DNA from: a virus
IMG/VR virus record: IMGVR_UViG_3300035183_000469
Coordinates: 3,578-67,577 of that record
Length of the DNA: 64,000 nucleotides
Direction: 5' to 3' (one strand)
Position numbers and translations under genes: made by a program. Below, piece after piece: positions 47,601 to 56,171 of the stretch. The first letter of the stretch is position 1. Each line of letters starts with the position of its first letter. Below the pieces are notes generated by a model that was not told the DNA's origin, ran no database searches, and was given only the letters and a program-made list of their open reading frames with translations.

Positions 47601-47917
47601 GATGGATGCTTCATAAAGTCAAACTCATCCATCCCCCCCATGGTGTATATCGGGAACTGTTTGCTTACCGAATCTGTCCACTTTTGCATTAACGCATGCG
47701 CATCGGTATCTTCCGGAAGAAAAAAATTTGCCGTAACAGGAATAGCCATCTCAAACCCCTTTGCCGTATCAGCAAAGCCCTTTAACACACGATTCCGCAC
47801 ATCCTGCATCACCGTGAGGTCGCTCGGCTCAATAGGATTGTAATTCAACGGCGGCGTGCCAAATACGTCGTCATATAAGACAGCTCCCCTTTTAGTATTT
47901 ACTGTTGTTTCAGGCAT
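38648..47917 (-). CDS. Giant virion/ejection polyvalent protein (3089 aa)
   Basis: Hydrophobic N-terminal helices; WCTGG domain; 17 x 20-aa repeats; two HExxH motifs (HEKAH, HEFGH); helical C-terminus; lies after the tail genes. Confidence 0.8.
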   Translation of the reverse strand: MPETTVNTKRGAVLYDDVFGTPPLNYNPIEPSDLTVMQDVRNRVLKGFADTAKGFEMAIPVTANFFLPEDTDAHALMQKWTDSVSKQFPIYTMGGMDEFDFMKHPSAGNFMRGMGSLIGMVLPIVTIAFATEGIGALSLLSSTFSESGIIPSLLGVSKGASAIQKAASTATFGAQLLTASVDELKNAGITGKDFDYMAPMMAMTGLAAAAVSFRGVSNLLDKTAMRNFARGVTRATIDDVQKQFGGKKLSDIAFRDYVRPVIDGMADRSVDYAKQFILHGAEGGLQFATFTGLSAAVHDAATDIYDSYFSDVSSEPGRGKFGYPEFGSKEQMKELFSDVLFSALTGMAFSGSLGMLHPIVYDSAHQVIKKAVETGDYSQVSYIKRKVNERVEAGKMNASERNNIFDNIDRMISAVTEFNERFPKQYTTANEQARKQLFDLFYNRKVYDGLLDDTTSVVGERTKTLDPVVKNLVEGDLASDTAYYGKQIDTINGLMERVLKEGVLPEGEISSALFSVLEKERPNVAKEVKKNLYDGLSKEDYDAMSGYARDAGFGDAKHAMNAFNKYVARPSEGKILPLQTLSEMTKDHIDRARVAKENTNKDIEDKKADILKRFEGRRANSVVKYNPDGEYRELTESEIEEVEHLINKAKEKGYDVDRTQSLLRENGFVYSENNTPSAFREFLKARLSGEFDIRVNDNFYDTLLGSNTSRKDGIIDVSTNTRRKIGETYDNAAESRIRKVLESVLPNKEQRGKVIPVIMNVGRNIAKRLGVSFEDYLKSNRAVRVKTPIDTKEALQQFNAIYGDLKTEGEAEILMQPNDNLKNAAQNNPKLKNFGFNTENLEHQWIIKYLVSSETGKRILANARDIDGVIKAMKSELALFEDRAKNTDDFYIQSLSDTYIDKQIDMSESAGNSMVAEMWKGIKNDKDAYITKHRELQKNNLVGTISYLRSASEYPLGMKLLVLENITKFDFSYDKATDKFSKKPRTKETASMHESPVSLFLDKTTAYAQSSNNVIHDYYYEQANYNGAKIDTSQYEGNIDHQTTTGTWYKFNRDVPGDVDRFYQMSALSGMYKGGWCTGGSKETAKSYLDAGDIYIFYSNKENNPTLQLHVSGNSAIEIGGLLEGQGIRDIDLPDFIAFKNTHKEISFAPLENYMNYSDALLSLKKANGDTSKLSKDEKLAIIYGKKYYKDRTDNLENAKKSLTKKDYAEAFDTTEENVFYSSEFTEKNWDDNAVVIGDVKIEESVLTRKIASHILGSVSMNALTELNTKAFDTAERTVYMENLTTLNTKAFDTAGGSVWMNNLTTLNTKAFDSALNVFMNGLTELKTKAFDTVELDVSMNSLTELNTKAFDTAGENVYMENLTILNTKAFDTAGGSVYMVNLTTLNTKAFDKVRWDVYMNSLTKLKTKAFDTAGRNVYMSSLTELNTKAFDTAGMNVYMDKLTKLETKAFDTAGGDVLMNKLTTLNAKAFDTAGLDVSMNGLTELNTKAFDTAGGNVSMNGLTTLNTKAFDSAVVGGVSMDSLTTLNTKAFDTAGWSVSMDSLTTLNTKAFDSTSGSVWMNNLTTIKTKAFDKAGGDVLMNSLTKLETKAFDSVGGNVYMPLLKHGNQFLEQKGKGAIVKKNGKSLTVFGKKSDITTIFHEKAHEFEDVLTHEEIEVVEKWSGHKKGTTEFSEAFAKGAERVIYEGHFSDTKTSIGRVFEKFAKWFKQQIESAIEYFGDINELNQDVIEIYSRMFFAEKEVIGGMMAEAESIKAKHVEPAADSNKMSSSKPKENDSTNTEGADKAPAIQESPDKTSEEDYTGERPDRDLPPEEKRERQSGRDTDRQSGGITEQIGRVLFLLRKAFPNVRTHILESEDFSAAQRRHGATEESVIGFVGRDGAIYLNKERMHPGQLMHEFGHIWTEYIQVHDPKLWREGMMLVSKAKGFLSKIKKMYPELDGDRLYEEALQHVIDKSYMNVLYGNRPIMERLVRWYRKFWDSIKQAFGYEGSEDVAYMRIEDFAHKASKKMLSGKEITKMSGYDIRIEQAKHREQDGEIKPEEMRTRDKDGVFHDPFRINQNVSRIAKVMSRESDAADVKSILKTTQGVDLDEMPDKKLSSIMQWANMKTDDLDALMGVMTREASAQVVEALYVKPEIQSIINRNGGKERFAEAMWDELRHGTWGNDPSSFTGIQRDIYSVFTYFKNAMTSPEITSRLGLVDTTAVSFVKDAYGDPISFGNMESPIMSPGTLEVSSHLDGALRKEMGRFKGDPERGIRNMVNGTRRRVGLDDGTFVEVPSMMDAIGESEQFSKTFRAEVNEALADKVVMNNLMDYLNNPRDVALDSKTALLRHRLMAMQAFIEQQRVRQNNYITASGTAVDATRANAAMVGEIDDTHARQQNTLKKNVIARALLPIMNGRLSGLSSAARRAVKKMSLLGSNINTIGVRLFGSEDSVGYKLLVRPLMNGWRVANEMQMVGREIMAPVFKAIMKGSTEGNPDSFANIEKQKFTTYDGVEHEITKGEFLSLVLSLRQRGQRDGRMDVVDDDGVTIHGSGADYHIDRDKVRRMRFNEDDFMRMSEIVDNTPEYSAFAKAWASLRDTFADRISRQYEIDTGMALRLVDEYFPIIIGGEHENFHLASQRMVGDMSFLKPRTRSKDALALVDALTLVRRYIDGMSNYVAYKVPLDNLIKFRNDNGRELRNKGFGQEVDWIDRYISDAVDTSFKFLRVDQNKTFSTIMRNYGVSRLAFNFSAFLKQGISYSMANQMVSSGSLWYNLPLVLRTNVLSVAKWQNAAGAANTIAFIKKYSPALYNRMLGMSDSIVYEVNATSSMNPFGDASPYSKDTWGNTKRVVRRIGDEGMKPIRFSDNATIIGIVESVKLDVAKRFPDLQPGSEAFNKKVAYYAEEVVLRTQHGYDPVTKTPLQRSNNPLMRGVFLFTGQLQKQYNLMSESWFRYLNNPTSKNFSTFRNYLINVGIYNSFWVAAVNLLNMQISGYRKKDDDDDVKSLFIGAGREFMGNFPIMGAIGSGIWSRVDEYKWRNDIDNPALDLVNQSMDAVADFYSATSLEDSAEARERFIRGADKTMKVAVQGMGLPYKIYTMTTTLGTAK
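43118..44137 (-). repeat. 17 coding tandem repeats of ~60 bp (MxxLTxLxTKAFDxAGxxVx), LRR/L-domain-like solenoid
   Basis: CGAACGCCTTTGT recurs with a ~60-bp period; one 19-aa and one 21-aa unit. Confidence 0.95.
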
Positions 47918-49443
47918 TATTGTCCGTATTGAATAACATCGGCAGCATCCTGATCGGCACCGGAGTATGGATACGACTCATTGAGCATATCCTGCTCCAT
48001 GTAATCCTGAGACACCCCCAACTTTTGTCCATAATACTTATTGAATACATATTGCTCAGGGAACGTGGATTCAACCGGGATATACAACGGCACCTCCACG
48101 CCTCCATGTAAGCCAAGGAAACCGTATCCAGACCGCTCGCCACCGTACTTGTGTACCCTATACTGCGACAGTCCGAGACGCTCGGCCGCATCCGACGTGA
48201 GTTCAAAGGTGCCACGCATCAACTGCTGCCCCTGTCCGGGACGTCCGCCACTCACATCACGAGCAACAAACATAAGGTTATAGTCAACATCACTTACACG
48301 CCGTATGTCATCAGGATTGATAACCACCGGAGTGCCATCGCTTAGGTAAACACGGCGTGGGGCATTGAACGACTGCTGCCATTCAAGTTCTTTTGTTTCA
48401 TTGTTCTTAACCGGATACAATCCCAGCCCACTCAAATACCTGCGGCCACGCTCCGGCGATATATCGTAGGTCTCAATACGAACCGGAATCTGACTCGTCG
48501 AACCATCGCTGCCATAAACCGTCCATGGCTGTTCATCGCTAACCGCAGAATACCCGATGTATGATCCCTGCCGTGCATCCCCGCCAAACCGGGCATACGA
48601 ATCCCACATGTTTAGCATCCTTTTATCCTCAGCATCTAACCTGTTGCGCAACAATTCGTTCCGCATCCGTTTGTATTCGTCATCAACAGGGTCTGTCCCT
48701 CCGTAACGGAAAATAGTCTTGTTTGGATCAGAAGGATCAAGAAACCCACTACCATAAGATGATAGCCAGTCAGACGCATCCGACGCATTCATCCCATTAG
48801 TGAGCATTACATGCTGAATAAACTCAGGGGTGCTTACCTGCTGAAATCCCCGCTTAACCTTCGCAAAATCAAGGTCGTTAATTTTTGGCGACTTATATGC
48901 CCCATCATATGACACCTGATCGGTATACCCCTTGCTGAAATCATCCAGGTTATCCATTATTGTTCCTCTCATATTAGTGCCATCCGTCCGCGTCCACGAT
49001 ACACTCCTTGGACGAAGTTCCGGATCGGTAATCGCTTTCATCGCAAGCGCAAGATTTTCTTTGTTTTTTAACGCCTGCTGGTACTGCGGAAGTTGCTGAT
49101 ACTTGTTGATATACTGCTGTAATTTCATCTGCCCACCCATCAGCAGGAAGCGATTCGGGTCATTGCCAAAACGCTTAATATCGTTGATGATTCCCCTGCG
49201 CAACTCATTCTCCGCATATTTAAGACGTTCCACATCCTGCGGCAACAACTGCGATGTCGCAGCATCTACGGCGCCAAAGTATTGCGATATACCCTGAATG
49301 GCGGCAAGACGCTTCTGCTGATCCTCCTCTATCTGACGTCGTTGCTGCTCAATAACAGACGCCCTGAATGCCGCATCCTGACGACGCTGTTGAAGATTTG
49401 GAGACGCATTAAGCGCATTGTATATTCCGAAGTCAATAGGCAT
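47917..49443 (-). CDS. Internal virion / ejection protein
   Basis: Gln/Arg-rich helical N-terminus, between two other large virion genes. Confidence 0.6.
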   Translation of the reverse strand: MPIDFGIYNALNASPNLQQRRQDAAFRASVIEQQRRQIEEDQQKRLAAIQGISQYFGAVDAATSQLLPQDVERLKYAENELRRGIINDIKRFGNDPNRFLLMGGQMKLQQYINKYQQLPQYQQALKNKENLALAMKAITDPELRPRSVSWTRTDGTNMRGTIMDNLDDFSKGYTDQVSYDGAYKSPKINDLDFAKVKRGFQQVSTPEFIQHVMLTNGMNASDASDWLSSYGSGFLDPSDPNKTIFRYGGTDPVDDEYKRMRNELLRNRLDAEDKRMLNMWDSYARFGGDARQGSYIGYSAVSDEQPWTVYGSDGSTSQIPVRIETYDISPERGRRYLSGLGLYPVKNNETKELEWQQSFNAPRRVYLSDGTPVVINPDDIRRVSDVDYNLMFVARDVSGGRPGQGQQLMRGTFELTSDAAERLGLSQYRVHKYGGERSGYGFLGLHGGVEVPLYIPVESTFPEQYVFNKYYGQKLGVSQDYMEQDMLNESYPYSGADQDAADVIQYGQ

Positions 49444-49489
49444 TACCCTGTCTATTTAATTTACGCCAGGCACAACAGCCCGGTAACTA

Positions 49490-52288
49490 CTATCTTGACG
49501 AATATCCGGTGCCAGCCGTTTTTCCGCCAACCCACCAATTGCGAAACCAATCATCAGAATTGCCTAAATCCAATGTTGTCTTAATGTTCGCCGGCTCAAA
49601 TCCAAAAGTCACATCCTTACCTGACTTCGGAGGATATACTTTCTCCGGCGGCATAACCGACTCAACACCAAAATCAATCGGCTGCGACAAATACTTCGTA
49701 TCCTCCTTATTCTTTTCTATCTGAGACCGCATCCAATCATCATAGGTGCTTCCCCGCCCATATATCTTGTCAAAATAGTATTGGTCAAACAATCCCTGTA
49801 AACCGGAACGAGACAATTCTGAGGCAGCAATCTTGTCCCTCATCGCTTCTGAATACCTGTCCCCAAACTTCATCCGACCATATTCCACATCCTGCGGTAG
49901 CATGCTACCATACATTCCCATGTTTCTTCGCCGCATGCCGGCATCCAAGGCTTCCATCTCGCCGGCTCCCCTTCTAAACCGGTTGATAGCCGCCCCCTGA
50001 TTGCCCAGCGCAAACGAAGACTGCCCGCCGGACACATCACGTATATTGCTCGTATCGTAGGCATATGCCCTGTCGAGGTCATTTTCATATAACGCCCGCT
50101 CCTGTGGATACAACCCAATATACGACGCATCCCGCAGCCGACCCATGTAATCACGCCATTGTAGCGGTATGTTCCACTCAGGCAGATTCTTACCTGCGCC
50201 AGCCATACCGGTCACAGCTTTAGCAAGATTAAAAAACTGAACAGGATCAAAATACCATCGCTCCTTTGGCTCAGGATGTGGGTCAACACCAACCGTATTG
50301 GTTGTGCGCATGGGCGCATCATAGGATATCCCTTTGGTAATCTTTGTATCAGGGATATGCTGCATGTCAGGCTCAAATGGGGTGATACGAGGCACAGGCA
50401 ATCGCAACTGCTGATCTATCATGAACGCGCTGGGGTTATATTCACGACTGCTTTGTAACTTATTATCCACCCAGCTGCCACCAGCCCCGCCACCGCCCAT
50501 TTCTCCACCGCCCCACAGTCCGAGAAACTCTTTTTTAGTATCCTTCAAATCAAGAGGATTCTTGATGCGCCGCAACACGTCATCATACTGCGGACGTTTG
50601 TCCATCGTCAACAGACTGTTCTCAAGTGATAACTGCGACTTTGGAGTATCCTTCAAATCAAGAGGATTCTTGATGCGCCGCAACACGTCATCATACTGCG
50701 GACGTTTGTCCATCGTCAACAGACTGTTCTCAAGTGATAACTGCGACTTTGGAGTATCCTTAGAATAGGTTGACAATTTCTGCAACCCTGTATCGTGATT
50801 TTTATTTGGGTCATTGTTTTTCACATAGGCCGCCGCCTTTGGAGCAACCTTAGAATAGGTTGACCATTGCTGCCACCCTGTCTCGTGATTTTTATTTGGG
50901 TCATTGTTTTTCACATAGGCCGCCGCCTTAATGTTCGTCTCAGGGTCATAAAGGTCTTTAAGTGAATTTATGATACCAGCCTTTTTAAGAGAATCCTCGT
51001 GCGACGAATTGATCTGAAACAACCCATAATCAACGGTTTTATTACTGTTTTTATCATTATACGCGTTTGGGTCACCGCCACTTTCCGCTTTAAGAATATC
51101 CAAGGCAAACTGCCAATCATCCGGGAAATACTTTTTGACAAGAGATACATACTCTTCTTTTATATCATGCCCGCCGGCTGAACCGCCAGCCGACATCTCG
51201 TATGCATTCTTCGGCTGTGTCTTTATCTCATTGGCCACAAACCTACCAAGTCCGGCATAGTCCTTCTTCGATGCCAACGACAAAATATTTTTGGTGGCCA
51301 CCTTATCAAACACATTTTCACCATACGATATTTCCCCCTGCGGGATACCAGTCTTTTTGTCAATCATCACCATGTCTTCTTCGACATTACCACCCTTGTC
51401 CATCGCCCGTATAACGGCAGGATACACAGTAGGAATATAGCCATCATCGCCACCCACCATACCGCCGGCAGCATACCGATGTGTTCTGTGATTCGGCATC
51501 TGCTCACGCACAAGACGCGACTGGTCATCGTAAGATTCGGCATCAGCCACCATCATGTCTTCATCACCCAAATACAACTTTCCGGCACCTAAGTAGCTCA
51601 TGATGTCCCTCTTCATTGCAGAAGGATGAGCCAATGCCACCTTCTCCCACGGCTCAACCCCTTTCGGCTGTTTGGTAGGTTTCACATTACCCCCATTGCC
51701 GTATTTACGGAGCGACTTACCGGAAGCGATAGCACCAAACAGCTTGCGCTGCTTGTCGGTAAGCGGCTTACCATGAACTGTCCCGTCATGTAATATCTCC
51801 CTCGCCTTCGCCCTGCTGACAATACCACCCTTCTTATACGACGTGTAGTCATTCATCACATACGACCCCCATTTGTTATAGGATGGCTTCGAGGATGCCA
51901 CCCCGGTAACACCACTAAGAAACGAACCGCCTAAAGTCAAGGCACCCGGGATATTCCCTGTCACCGCGCTGGCAACAGAACCAGCAAGATTCAATGTCGT
52001 GCCAAGTTTTTGCATGTCACGCTTAACCGATTCAGACAGATTCTCCAACGACTGCGTAGCCCCCTGCTGCATAAATTTTCTCTTAGCGGCACCGGAAGTA
52101 GTCTGAAACACCGGAACCCACGAAGCAATCCTGCCAAAAGCATTCCGCTCGCCGGATGGTTTGTATCCCAACATGGCAAGCTCAAACTTGTCGTACATCG
52201 TCTTTGGACGATAAAAATTCGGAGGAACGTATGCCGCCATTCGCGGATTGTCTACTGAGAACAACATAGATAATGTTTTATCCTGCAA
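49490..52288 (-). CDS. Internal virion protein with lytic transglycosylase (SLT) domain
   Basis: AESGGDPNAYN...DYGLFQIN...LYDPETNIKAA...W..WSTY; repeated Y..GG.V motifs. Confidence 0.8.
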   Translation of the reverse strand: MQDKTLSMLFSVDNPRMAAYVPPNFYRPKTMYDKFELAMLGYKPSGERNAFGRIASWVPVFQTTSGAAKRKFMQQGATQSLENLSESVKRDMQKLGTTLNLAGSVASAVTGNIPGALTLGGSFLSGVTGVASSKPSYNKWGSYVMNDYTSYKKGGIVSRAKAREILHDGTVHGKPLTDKQRKLFGAIASGKSLRKYGNGGNVKPTKQPKGVEPWEKVALAHPSAMKRDIMSYLGAGKLYLGDEDMMVADAESYDDQSRLVREQMPNHRTHRYAAGGMVGGDDGYIPTVYPAVIRAMDKGGNVEEDMVMIDKKTGIPQGEISYGENVFDKVATKNILSLASKKDYAGLGRFVANEIKTQPKNAYEMSAGGSAGGHDIKEEYVSLVKKYFPDDWQFALDILKAESGGDPNAYNDKNSNKTVDYGLFQINSSHEDSLKKAGIINSLKDLYDPETNIKAAAYVKNNDPNKNHETGWQQWSTYSKVAPKAAAYVKNNDPNKNHDTGLQKLSTYSKDTPKSQLSLENSLLTMDKRPQYDDVLRRIKNPLDLKDTPKSQLSLENSLLTMDKRPQYDDVLRRIKNPLDLKDTKKEFLGLWGGGEMGGGGAGGSWVDNKLQSSREYNPSAFMIDQQLRLPVPRITPFEPDMQHIPDTKITKGISYDAPMRTTNTVGVDPHPEPKERWYFDPVQFFNLAKAVTGMAGAGKNLPEWNIPLQWRDYMGRLRDASYIGLYPQERALYENDLDRAYAYDTSNIRDVSGGQSSFALGNQGAAINRFRRGAGEMEALDAGMRRRNMGMYGSMLPQDVEYGRMKFGDRYSEAMRDKIAASELSRSGLQGLFDQYYFDKIYGRGSTYDDWMRSQIEKNKEDTKYLSQPIDFGVESVMPPEKVYPPKSGKDVTFGFEPANIKTTLDLGNSDDWFRNWWVGGKTAGTGYSSR
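50537..50929. repeat. Two adjacent in-frame tandem duplications (108 bp exact; 90 bp near-exact)
   Basis: 108-bp unit at 50537 and 50645; 90-bp unit at 50758 and 50848. Confidence 0.9.
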
Positions 52289-55200
52289 ACCTATTTAATC
52301 TCCAAAAAGTCTTCATATTCATCAACTTAGCAAACTTGCCGTCCAAATTAGAAAAAAACATCTTCATCTTCATAAACTTACCGGTCAATCTTTTCCCATC
52401 AGTAGTAATAGGTAATGCAATCTTTAGCTGGCCAAACCGATATTCTTTCCGTGCATAACTCTGAAACGCCGGCTGTGTGAACCCCTGAGTGTCTGTTTCA
52501 AACTGTATGGAAACAAGTGAATCGGCACCGTCTTCGGTTATGTTCAAAATGACGTTGTCAAAATGTTTTGACAAATTGTTCACCGGGTTAATAACCGGCT
52601 CTATGTATGAATCGTACACATTTCCATAATACGAACCCGGATCGCCGGCATTATGCATCCACACAGAAGCCATGTCATTATTGTCCGCACTAAACACAAA
52701 ATGGCGATAGCTTGAGATAAAGACCGGATAAAAACTGTTTTTCGTCGTAAATGCATCAATGTTTTCGTTGAAAACAAGACTGATCGTCGCAGGCTCTTCC
52801 GTAGGATTGTCTATGTTGTTTGCAAACGAATAAATAATCTCTCCGTTATGTTTGTCATAAACCACCGAAATAAATCGGTATTGAAACGGAACAACACTAC
52901 GCACTTTCACATCATAGAAATTAAGAATGTAATTACTAAAATCATGCATCTCCTTTGTGTCTGACAGCACCTCCTGACCAGCACCGCCATACCGCATCAA
53001 TGACCGGTTGATAACATCCACCCAATAAATGGCACGCTCAGTAGAAACAAGCGAGAAAATATCCTGTGTCCCGTAGTTGTGGGAAAAGTAATCAATGCCA
53101 TCAAACGTCTCTCCCGCACCAGTTGTGACCGCCTCCTCATTCTGCGTGGTAATAATGGAACGGTCGTTGATACGAAGCCGCCCCCACCCACTCTGCTGAA
53201 ACGAATACAGCTGATTATTCCACAATATTCCCCCCTGTATATCCCCATACAACCCAATAACATCCCCATAGTTATTTGCAAGCACCCGCCGATAGTTGTC
53301 TGTCAACTCGCCGTAAAACTTCACCGGGGTGTACACCCACCTGTTCGGGAACTCATTCACTACCACATCCGTCTCGCTGGGCAGTCCAGGGAAAAACTGT
53401 ACATTTTCCTGATACAGCAATACCGAATTTACATTAAACTCCTCCGGCTGATTGACATTGATCCCGGTCAAAGTATTATTTGAAACACCACAGGCATCCT
53501 GCTCCGTCTCCACAGCAACCGACGCAAAACTCCTACCCTTGCGCATCGCATGATTCAGATTGGATTCAATGGGCGTTACCATGCCCACTGAATAACTCAC
53601 GTAATAATCACCACCGCATTGCGTAGCACAATTCCCGTCGTATCTCGGATAGATACGCAGGAAATCAAAAAATTCTACATAACAATCGCCGCCCCACACC
53701 TCAATGCCATTGAACAAGTAGGTGCCGTCCGAACGCTTCACCGACGCCAACACCGATTCGTCAATCCTTTGAAAATGACCGGTGCCGATATATTTACGAG
53801 TCCCAATAGACTCTGAATTAAACTCATTGTAATATCTGGTAGACGCTGCCACGTAGTTGACCAAATAGTACGTGGACACATTGTTCTGCGCAAACGTCGC
53901 CGGCTGCAACCAGTCTTTCGTCTTAAACAAATACGAATCACGTCCGGCCAACGCATGAAACTCACCGCTACAGATGCAATCATCCATATACAATAGCGTA
54001 GAGCCATGAAACTCCAATGTCAAATTCTGCGGGTCATACCCAGGTAGGATGAACTGGTCTGGGCTGGATTCACTGTTTGAGAAATCTATCCGATTGATCG
54101 TTTCTATGGTTGTCATAGCACCCATCGGGTATGTGCCACCCACATCAGAAGAAGTAATATATTGCTTTGAATAAAGCTGGTTGTGTATCGTACCGCCATA
54201 CAACTCAATGATTCTCCCACTACAATCATCGCTCTTCTCATACGCACTCTGTGTTACCGACACAATCTTTAACACATCTGATGAAACAAGACCATCTTGA
54301 CCCGTCTGCCCGTATACATTGAAGTTGAAATACAGTTCCGGAGAATGAACGGTGTATGTATTGCCACGACTACCATACCCGACGCCAGCACTGCGAAGAA
54401 ACCGGTCGTCATACTCAATGGAATCGGTGGCAAAAAAACCGCTAAATTTATTGGATGCAATAACCAATGGGAACGTCTTCTTCTCATCGCCGCCGTCCTT
54501 GGCATAAACCGTATTAGCCAGCACCGCCTGATACAACGTCTTTGGCTTTCGTATGCACCGCACAATAGCAAATCCAGACACTCGCAAATTGCCAAATGAA
54601 TCGTACAAGAATCCGTCATCTACTCGTATGCCGGATACCATGGCGCCCATAATCTTTAGTTTGTAATTATCATCTGTAAGCGTGTACGTCGTCGGCGGAA
54701 ACCCTCCATCATCATCGTACTGCTCCGGGAAAGTCACGTCCTTTAGATTCTGTACATAAAACGGAATCCCCTTCCGGTTAAACCATACAATCCCAAACGG
54801 ATACGTCTCTCCGCGCCAGTACCCCTTGAACAGATGCTCAAACTGCATCCCCTTGTAGTTCACATAATCGCCGTCAATAACATAGGTGTCCACGACATCT
54901 GTGTTGTTTTTATCAATATACTGCCTAACCGATACCGTCGTCTGCTCGATACTAACCTGCGTCAAGGGCGGCGTAGTCTGCGCCTCCAGATTATCACCGA
55001 CATACGTTCTGATATACGGCTCAATCTTCACCTCTGACACATCAATAAGGTATTCACCGTCCGTTTTCACGTTGGGAAACCACAGCCTCTGGTCTTTCTC
55101 TATAATATCCTTAGTACGCTCGATAAACACCGGATAAACATTGTACCCGTCTATGTTAACCGGAATCCCACTATGGTCACGATGCGTCACCGTCACATTG

Positions 55201-56165
55201 TCCCCAATGATCGTAAGGTCAGAAATCTTGGATTCAAAAAAGATATTTGACTCCACCGTGGCATTGTAATCAACAGAATAGATATAAGCGACCTGTAAAT
55301 AATAATACCGATCGTCAATCCCGTCGAGGTCGAGTTCAATGGCATAAGGCGTGGTCACATTGCTGTTAACCATGTAATAGTCATGACTGTTGGTTGGGGC
55401 AAGGTCTATATTCGTAAGCATAATCCCCCTTGTCAGCGGAGCGAATGGCGTCCAATATCCCTCTCTTGTCCCATACCGGTAGGCATATTGAAACACCCCG
55501 GTCTTCAATGACCCCTCAGGGGCGGATACCGTTCCAATACGTCTATTGAATTTTATCCGACCCATCCTAACATCGGTGTACCATTGAAACTGCTGCACTG
55601 AATAAAACCATGGATAGACGTTTCCAGGGGCATAGCCGCCAATCGGAAGGTAATTTCCGGACGTAAACTCCGGATTGTTCTGCTGCAACCCGGCCACGAC
55701 ATTGATGGTGTACATCTCCCGATTTCCATCAGTCCAATATACCCGCTGTGACTTTTGAGAATCAATTACCGCCCATGCACGTATAGGATAAGTAAAAGAA
55801 AAATGAAGACGATCTCCATTGGGGTCATATAAGTCATTGAAAATCGTTGTGTACGACGCATTATCATTGGCATCTATGACTACAATGGCAATCTCTGAAT
55901 ACGTCTCATTGGTGCTAAATACCACCCACTTGTCCGGCATCTCGCAGCCACCAATGATGCGATATCCGGGTTTAATGAAAAACGAACTCTTGTTACCACG
56001 GGCAATAACCCATGCATAGTTACCAGACTGATTAAACAAAAGGCGACCATTCAATGAATCGCGGTACGAACGAGGGTCTTGAATCAGAGGGTCTCTATCC
56101 TGACGAAGCCCAAGCTGAAACGAATTAACGATCTCTGGTCTTTGATAATATTTACCCACATTCAC
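52278..56165 (-). CDS. Tail stabilisation / muzzle protein (crAss-like)
   Basis: NSF..GL..D.DP......Y..SLNGR; VYWTDG; G.YQYAYRY; GETYPFGIVW; WGGDCY; YG.I; YGTQ...S; C-term RLTGKFM. Confidence 0.85.
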   Translation of the reverse strand: MNVGKYYQRPEIVNSFQLGLRQDRDPLIQDPRSYRDSLNGRLLFNQSGNYAWVIARGNKSSFFIKPGYRIIGGCEMPDKWVVFSTNETYSEIAIVVIDANDNASYTTIFNDLYDPNGDRLHFSFTYPIRAWAVIDSQKSQRVYWTDGNREMYTINVVAGLQQNNPEFTSGNYLPIGGYAPGNVYPWFYSVQQFQWYTDVRMGRIKFNRRIGTVSAPEGSLKTGVFQYAYRYGTREGYWTPFAPLTRGIMLTNIDLAPTNSHDYYMVNSNVTTPYAIELDLDGIDDRYYYLQVAYIYSVDYNATVESNIFFESKISDLTIIGDNVTVTHRDHSGIPVNIDGYNVYPVFIERTKDIIEKDQRLWFPNVKTDGEYLIDVSEVKIEPYIRTYVGDNLEAQTTPPLTQVSIEQTTVSVRQYIDKNNTDVVDTYVIDGDYVNYKGMQFEHLFKGYWRGETYPFGIVWFNRKGIPFYVQNLKDVTFPEQYDDDGGFPPTTYTLTDDNYKLKIMGAMVSGIRVDDGFLYDSFGNLRVSGFAIVRCIRKPKTLYQAVLANTVYAKDGGDEKKTFPLVIASNKFSGFFATDSIEYDDRFLRSAGVGYGSRGNTYTVHSPELYFNFNVYGQTGQDGLVSSDVLKIVSVTQSAYEKSDDCSGRIIELYGGTIHNQLYSKQYITSSDVGGTYPMGAMTTIETINRIDFSNSESSPDQFILPGYDPQNLTLEFHGSTLLYMDDCICSGEFHALAGRDSYLFKTKDWLQPATFAQNNVSTYYLVNYVAASTRYYNEFNSESIGTRKYIGTGHFQRIDESVLASVKRSDGTYLFNGIEVWGGDCYVEFFDFLRIYPRYDGNCATQCGGDYYVSYSVGMVTPIESNLNHAMRKGRSFASVAVETEQDACGVSNNTLTGINVNQPEEFNVNSVLLYQENVQFFPGLPSETDVVVNEFPNRWVYTPVKFYGELTDNYRRVLANNYGDVIGLYGDIQGGILWNNQLYSFQQSGWGRLRINDRSIITTQNEEAVTTGAGETFDGIDYFSHNYGTQDIFSLVSTERAIYWVDVINRSLMRYGGAGQEVLSDTKEMHDFSNYILNFYDVKVRSVVPFQYRFISVVYDKHNGEIIYSFANNIDNPTEEPATISLVFNENIDAFTTKNSFYPVFISSYRHFVFSADNNDMASVWMHNAGDPGSYYGNVYDSYIEPVINPVNNLSKHFDNVILNITEDGADSLVSIQFETDTQGFTQPAFQSYARKEYRFGQLKIALPITTDGKRLTGKFMKMKMFFSNLDGKFAKLMNMKTFWRLNRFAG

Positions 56166-56171
56166 CTGTGT

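Noticed and set aside
38648-47917. Virion RNA polymerase
   Set aside because: No DxDGD/DFDID-type catalytic motif in a plausible context; the Asp runs seen (VDDDG, KDDDDD) look like low-complexity loops.
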